DNA of 62,402 nucleotides, filler included. It is 14 parts of 14 records of this genome, joined end to end, with 100 filler letters (N's around TTAATTAATTAA, not from the genome) between each part and the next. Parts side by side here need not be neighbours in the genome. Positions count along the whole stretch, not along the records: positions 57,143 to 62,402 come from SRR15195285_6036; 13 more parts are not named here. One strand, 5' to 3'. Both the position numbers and the translations under genes were made by a program. Below the pieces are notes generated by a model. That model worked only from the letters and a program-made list of their open reading frames with translations. It was not told the DNA's origin and ran no database searches. The first letter of the stretch is position 1. Every line of letters starts with the position of its first letter. Positions 57,511 through 62,402 of the stretch are shown piece by piece.

Positions 57511-58347
57511 ATGGTCGCCCAAGTTGAGTTTGCGGCTTACGGTGCCGAAGGGGGGCGAACGCTGAAGAACGCCTCGCGTGGCAAGCTGGCTGCTTTCGTC
57601 ACCGTCAGCGCCGTGTTCGGCTTTGTCCTGCCCGGCCTCATATTCTCAGGGCAGAAATCGTCGGACTTCACCTGCACTCCGGGATCGGAGAACAGCGCCT
57701 GGTGCGAAACCGACCGCCTGGATGTCGCAGTGAGCGAGGCGGTGGTGGTGGCGCCCAGGGCCGTTGGGCTGCTGTCCCACGCATTCACGCTCGGGGCCAG
57801 CCCCATTGTGGGCATCGGCAGCATGGTCAGCCTCCGCGGCCCGGGCACTCTAGCAGAGGACATGGCGGTGTACACAGGCACACAATTTGTGTCCGTGGGA
57901 CTCAACAGCATCGCGAAGAGGTTCTTCCGACGGCAGCGCCCGTGCTACCACTTCGGGCGGGAAAACGAGACCGAGGCGATCATTTTCGCAGGTCAAGAGT
58001 GGGTCAGTTTTTACAGTGGAGATTCGGCGATGGCATTCTCTCTGTACTCTGCTGCGCTGGCGTTGATCGTCGCCCGTGGCTGGCGCGCGCCCGCGGTGAA
58101 ACTGTCGAAGATAGGCGCCGTGGTGGCGTCTATCGGGTCGTTCCTTAGGATTGTCGGCTTCATGCACTGGTTCACAGACGTGGTTGTCGGTGTGGTTGTC
58201 GGTCTAGTAATTGGGTTCGGGCTACCGACGGTGCTCTTCGCAGAGGCGCCAAAAGACGCGTTGGCGCGTGCAGCCGGTTTCTACCCGGCTCATTCTGATA
58301 GTCAAGCATCGGCTGCTCTGTTATCAGTTACGGGAATCGACCCATGA
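57511..58347 (+). CDS. PAP2-superfamily membrane phosphatase
   Basis: C1 KRFFRRQRP, C2-like SFYSGDS, C3 RIVGFMHWFTDVVVG; about six hydrophobic helices. Confidence 0.85.
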   Translation: MVAQVEFAAYGAEGGRTLKNASRGKLAAFVTVSAVFGFVLPGLIFSGQKSSDFTCTPGSENSAWCETDRLDVAVSEAVVVAPRAVGLLSHAFTLGASPIVGIGSMVSLRGPGTLAEDMAVYTGTQFVSVGLNSIAKRFFRRQRPCYHFGRENETEAIIFAGQEWVSFYSGDSAMAFSLYSAALALIVARGWRAPAVKLSKIGAVVASIGSFLRIVGFMHWFTDVVVGVVVGLVIGFGLPTVLFAEAPKDALARAAGFYPAHSDSQASAALLSVTGIDP

Positions 58348-58759
58348 TCACGAGGTGGCCGCCACGCACTCGTCACCACTGGAGGACGGTCAATGACCTT
58401 CCCGCAATTTGTGGCTGGCTCCCGTTGGTGCACCAGGATGCACATCTACCGGCGATCTGACTGATCGTTTTGTATCAACCCATCGGCAAAACCGACGGAA
58501 ATCGCATTAGAGTGCTGGAATCAGAAATTGCGATTGGTGCTAGAGTGAGCTGGGTGCCATTTCCCAGTCTACCGTACCAGGTAGAGCTACATCTTGTGCC
58601 TTTTGGTAAAGCCTGCATCTAGTGTGGCTGTAAATGCTTGCAGTCGGGCAGGCGTGTGCATGTTTGTGTCATGTTGAAAATACAAGGGGTCTAATCGTGC
58701 GCAACAAGTTGACAATCATGTGCCACACACGCTGCATCTCCAGGTCGTGATTGCGCTAC

Positions 58760-61700
58760 CTACGGTCGCGTCGGCGCTCGCTTTGGCAACTGCGGCGGTG
58801 GTGCACGTCGCGATGGCGAAGAAGAACGTTGAGCAGTCGGTAAATCCCCCACTCGAGGCGCGTGCCTCCTGCCTGGGCGCGGTGGCAACACTTGCGAAGG
58901 TGCACCCTCCGCTGTTGCTGCTGCCCTTCCTTCTGAGCCTCCAACGAGCTCAGACGCCCGAGGTGGAAGACGGCGCGGCACTGCTAGCGTCTGTGCCGCA
59001 CTGACAGCGTTGCGCAAGCGGGCCGTGCGTTGTGCTACAGCGGACGCCCGTGGCGGAGTGACGGCCCTGGACAGGTGCGAGGCGGTAAGGTCGGAGAGCG
59101 CCGGTGGTTGGCGCAAGGCGCTGCTACTACCGCTGTCCACTCGCGTTTTGACCACGTCATGCGGCCTGGGCATGACCGGATTGTGGACCTCGTCCATGTC
59201 AAAGTCAAAGACTCCTCCTTGGTGCTGATCCTCACCGCGGTGACGTTGGGCTGAAGCAACAACCGTCTCGCTGCTACTAACGGAGCCAGTCTGTCCCCGC
59301 AGTACAGGCAGCTGTGGTGGCGTTTGCCGATCGATGGTCTGCTGGATTCCAGTCGTTGAACGCGAAGCCATTCGCGCCACCCCAGGCAAAGCAAAAGCAC
59401 TGCTAGCTTGCTGCGTTCTCACGGCAGATTTGAACTTGCTCAATGGCGTCGCATCATCGCGCGCACTGCGTCTCTCCGCCAAGTCGTTCTCGCGTTGCTC
59501 GAGCTCCACCTGCCGCTCCAGCTTGTTGAGGAAGTGATTGCCACCAGCTGCCGCCCCAATGGCGACGCACGCCAAGAAAAAGAACCACAAACCCACTTTC
59601 GCGGCGTAGTTGGCCGACCCCCCATCGATACAGCCACCAACAGACGAGCTGATGGTCGCCATACCAGTGCCACCTGGTCCAGTAGCTGCTTCGACCGTGT
59701 CAACACTAGTGGTGGTGGCGACAATACCAGACCAAAGCAAATTGAAGATCGAGACTGCAGCAACGAGCCCCCAGATGCCGATATCACGCGCGTGCTTGTA
59801 CGATAGCAGCGCAGCGACTTCGTCTTGAGCCGCTTCCGGGAGCGCTTTGCTGCCTTGATGCACCTCATACCGTCCACCAAACATGGCCAGCGGATCCGTG
59901 TAACCAACAATTGCGTGTGCCAAGTTCACAAGCGTGACCTTGAGCACGAGCTCTGCGACTACTCCCGACTCAAACCAAACAGTCCACCAGTTAACGTCTG
60001 CATGTGGAGGATTGAGCACCTCCCTCTGGGCGGTTGCGTTCGAGCAGAACGCCAGATCTCCGACGAATGGACGCAGCCCAGTTTGGTTGTCCCCCACAAA
60101 CGCATCCATGGCCGTACGATTGCCAGGATAGTCACATCCACAGCCGTACGGCAAGGGTGCAGGACCGTAGGCTTCGATGTCAACATACATGCTTGCAACG
60201 CTACTGTTTGACATTTCGACTTGATTGCTGTAGTTTCTCAGCTGCGTGCAGACCTGGCTTATTGCGGCAGCTCGTGCGGCCAGAAAGTCCCCGTCCAGAA
60301 AGCATGGGTTGGATGCAATGTTGTAAAAGTACAGCGTCAGATTGACTCCATCCTGCAACTCTCGGATAATGTCAAGGAAGAACGTGACAAAGATAACTGC
60401 CAAGACAAAAGTACGCTTGTCCAGCCCAAAGATGTTGCGCTTCACACCGGTTTTCAAGGGTGAGCGGTTGACAATAAACGGCGTTGGAAACCAAAGCCCC
60501 AGGATGCAGTAGTAAATGAACAAGTCCGAGGCAAGGTCGACGCGGAACTTCAGATCCTGAGCAAATCGCGTGGCCATCTCTGTCACACTGTCTTTGACCT
60601 GCTCACCAAAAGCTGCGTACTCAGACTTCGTGAACGGACTGTATCGCCTTGCTTTGCCCTCCAGATAGTCTGTCAGATCAGCTTGCTGCTGGTCGAGTGC
60701 ATCGTGGAAGGTTCCATCACAGCTGCCCTCGTACTGGATGCAGACAGTATGAGTGATAGGCCAGTGTGGATCTGCAATCTCTTGAAAGCAGTATCGAGTC
60801 GCTCCGATATTCAGGCCGGAGGGATCAAAGTACTTGCACTGATTTTCCACGGTCACCGTCTGGCAACGTTCATCCGGGCACGACTGTCGCCGCTGTGCAC
60901 GAAGCCACTCTTGTCGCAGACTCCCGCACCAGTCCGGGAACGGAACCGGGTGGGTCCAATTGTATGTGAGCCCTGCGGCGCGAATTGCCACGACATCAGT
61001 GAATCCGGCAATATCCGAGAGCTCCAGGGCAGTCTCGTTGACTACCTCCTCTGCGCACGTGTAGTTGTTGACATGCATCGCCATCTCAGCAGCGTAGGCT
61101 GCAGTGGTCTCAGCCTGTGCCTTCGCTTCCTCATAGCGGACGACTTCCTTGGTCATGATTTGGATTGTCTGAACGTCTGCCATCATGCGCTGTGCGGTGC
61201 AGAACCCGCTAGAAGTTGACATGGTACAGTCTGCCGCTGTCCGATCGAACACCAATCCTGGATAAAACGCAGCCCAAGTCAGAAAAAGCAGAAACGATCC
61301 TGCTAGAGTGGTGAGGTGCGTGACCTCTTTCGGCAACGCCAGGCCGAAATTCTGGATCACAGCACCTTTGGTGTATGACTTCGACGTGAACATTTTGTTG
61401 TCGTTGCTTGACGCCACTGTATTGCAGCACAAGAGCTTGCACATCCTGGAGGAGCTCATCGCGAACACGTCACGGTGCAGTTGCTCGCCGGGCTCGAGGT
61501 CTACGACCACGATCGACAGCGACAGTATCTGTTGCCGCGCCTCGCTCAGGAAACGGTGCTCGACGAGGATCAGCTGGAGAATGCGCTCGATCTGATGCCG
61601 CAGCGGCTCCGTTTCGATCTCCAGCTCAGCAGGCTCACCAGGTAATTTGCTTAATTTCAGTGGCGCCAGTGTCCACGTGGGGCTGCCTGCAGATGGCTCG

Positions 61701-62071
61701 AGCACAATGCGTGTCCCAGCTCTCCTAACCTCAAAGTTTCCTACGGGCTGCGCAAGCGTCGGAACAAGCAGCCGAGCATCTCTGTACTTCAGGTACACGC
61801 CCGAGTGCACCAGATGCTCGATTGCGGACCGCAGCGAAGGCACGCGCCCCTTGTGCTTCACGTCCACTGAGCGGGTGTCGATATCCATCTTGAATAACTT
61901 GCCACCGGTCTCGTCCGCGACGGCGAGTGTCCACCTGGGCTCCGCAGGTTTCTGCACTGAGTTCTTCTGCCGCAGGTACCGGAAGTAGCGTAGGCCGAGC
62001 ACCGACAGTGCCGCGTACACGACCACCAGCAGCAGACACAGCGTCGCCAGCGGGAGGTTGGACGAGCTCAT
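58760..62071 (-). CDS. 1103-aa multi-pass membrane protein with Cys-rich lumenal loops, unknown family
   Basis: Uninterrupted ORF; about 7 hydrophobic helices; two large loops with Cys and NxS/T sequons; P/R/S-rich tail. Confidence 0.75.
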   Translation of the reverse strand: MSSSNLPLATLCLLLVVVYAALSVLGLRYFRYLRQKNSVQKPAEPRWTLAVADETGGKLFKMDIDTRSVDVKHKGRVPSLRSAIEHLVHSGVYLKYRDARLLVPTLAQPVGNFEVRRAGTRIVLEPSAGSPTWTLAPLKLSKLPGEPAELEIETEPLRHQIERILQLILVEHRFLSEARQQILSLSIVVVDLEPGEQLHRDVFAMSSSRMCKLLCCNTVASSNDNKMFTSKSYTKGAVIQNFGLALPKEVTHLTTLAGSFLLFLTWAAFYPGLVFDRTAADCTMSTSSGFCTAQRMMADVQTIQIMTKEVVRYEEAKAQAETTAAYAAEMAMHVNNYTCAEEVVNETALELSDIAGFTDVVAIRAAGLTYNWTHPVPFPDWCGSLRQEWLRAQRRQSCPDERCQTVTVENQCKYFDPSGLNIGATRYCFQEIADPHWPITHTVCIQYEGSCDGTFHDALDQQQADLTDYLEGKARRYSPFTKSEYAAFGEQVKDSVTEMATRFAQDLKFRVDLASDLFIYYCILGLWFPTPFIVNRSPLKTGVKRNIFGLDKRTFVLAVIFVTFFLDIIRELQDGVNLTLYFYNIASNPCFLDGDFLAARAAAISQVCTQLRNYSNQVEMSNSSVASMYVDIEAYGPAPLPYGCGCDYPGNRTAMDAFVGDNQTGLRPFVGDLAFCSNATAQREVLNPPHADVNWWTVWFESGVVAELVLKVTLVNLAHAIVGYTDPLAMFGGRYEVHQGSKALPEAAQDEVAALLSYKHARDIGIWGLVAAVSIFNLLWSGIVATTTSVDTVEAATGPGGTGMATISSSVGGCIDGGSANYAAKVGLWFFFLACVAIGAAAGGNHFLNKLERQVELEQRENDLAERRSARDDATPLSKFKSAVRTQQASSAFALPGVARMASRSTTGIQQTIDRQTPPQLPVLRGQTGSVSSSETVVASAQRHRGEDQHQGGVFDFDMDEVHNPVMPRPHDVVKTRVDSGSSSALRQPPALSDLTASHLSRAVTPPRASAVAQRTARLRNAVSAAQTLAVPRRLPPRASELVGGSEGRAAATAEGAPSQVLPPRPGRRHAPRVGDLPTAQRSSSPSRRAPPPQLPKRAPTRP

Positions 62072-62402
62072 TGCCTCGCCCGCCGTGCCGGCCCTGCCAA
62101 TTGCGAGTGGACGTTTCAGCTCTCCGTGTATAGCGTCAACTCGCCGCAGCCAATCCCCCTGTCACTGCCCACAGAGCAGGCGTTCCTGCCGGCCAGTCGT
62201 TTATACTGTCTCATACGTCTCCGGCGTGTCCACACGCACTGTGGTTTGACGCCACCAGAGCCGCGAGATCGGCGAGCAGCACCGCCCCAGCCAATCGAGC
62301 CAGCAAGTTCCACGAGTATCTGCCCAAAATCCCACCGGCGGGCAGGGAAGGGGCGATGATTCACCAGAAATGAGAAAATGAGAGCTTTTCAGGATTTCAC
62401 CA

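Noticed and set aside
53-62364. Numerous antisense and off-frame ORFs in the track
   Set aside because: Expected shadows of GC-rich coding sequence; none carry recognisable motifs.

Overview
This window is not one locus. It is 14 short contigs (about 3-8 kb each) joined by 13 identical 100-bp artificial spacers (44 N + TTAATTAATTAA + 44 N, stops in all six frames), so adjacency across spacers means nothing. The DNA is from a GC-rich, gene-dense eukaryote with short (about 80-190 bp) GT-AG introns (donors GTGCG/GTACG/GTAAG/GTGAG). The gene content suggests a heterotrophic protist, probably from a single-cell or metagenomic assembly; the taxon cannot be fixed from sequence alone. Recognisable genes: two divergent GH32, a GH31, a GH49-like beta-helix hydrolase, a GH16-fold protein lacking its catalytic acids, a CNBD-family channel, a PKD2/TRPP channel, a nitronate monooxygenase ending in SKL, SKA1, a receptor-like scramblase, a calpain, an EF-hand protein, a PAP2 phosphatase, a spliced class-I methyltransferase missed by the ORF track, and two large Cys-rich multi-TM proteins. 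The best candidate for an undescribed system is contig 15095-18496: one uninterrupted reading frame fuses the last repeat and EF/IQ tail of a Cav/Nav-type channel to a complete cAR/GCR1-like 7TM GPCR module (with a topology-correcting extra helix) and a third multi-TM module. Other strong leads: a WW-calpain with a mitochondrial-type N-terminus and four CX9C-like motifs, a CNBD channel with the selectivity-filter signature missing, and a ~210-nt multi-hairpin + strand element. No rRNA, tRNA, CRISPR array or intact transposase/RT gene was recognised. All family calls are from motif reading by eye, not database searches.
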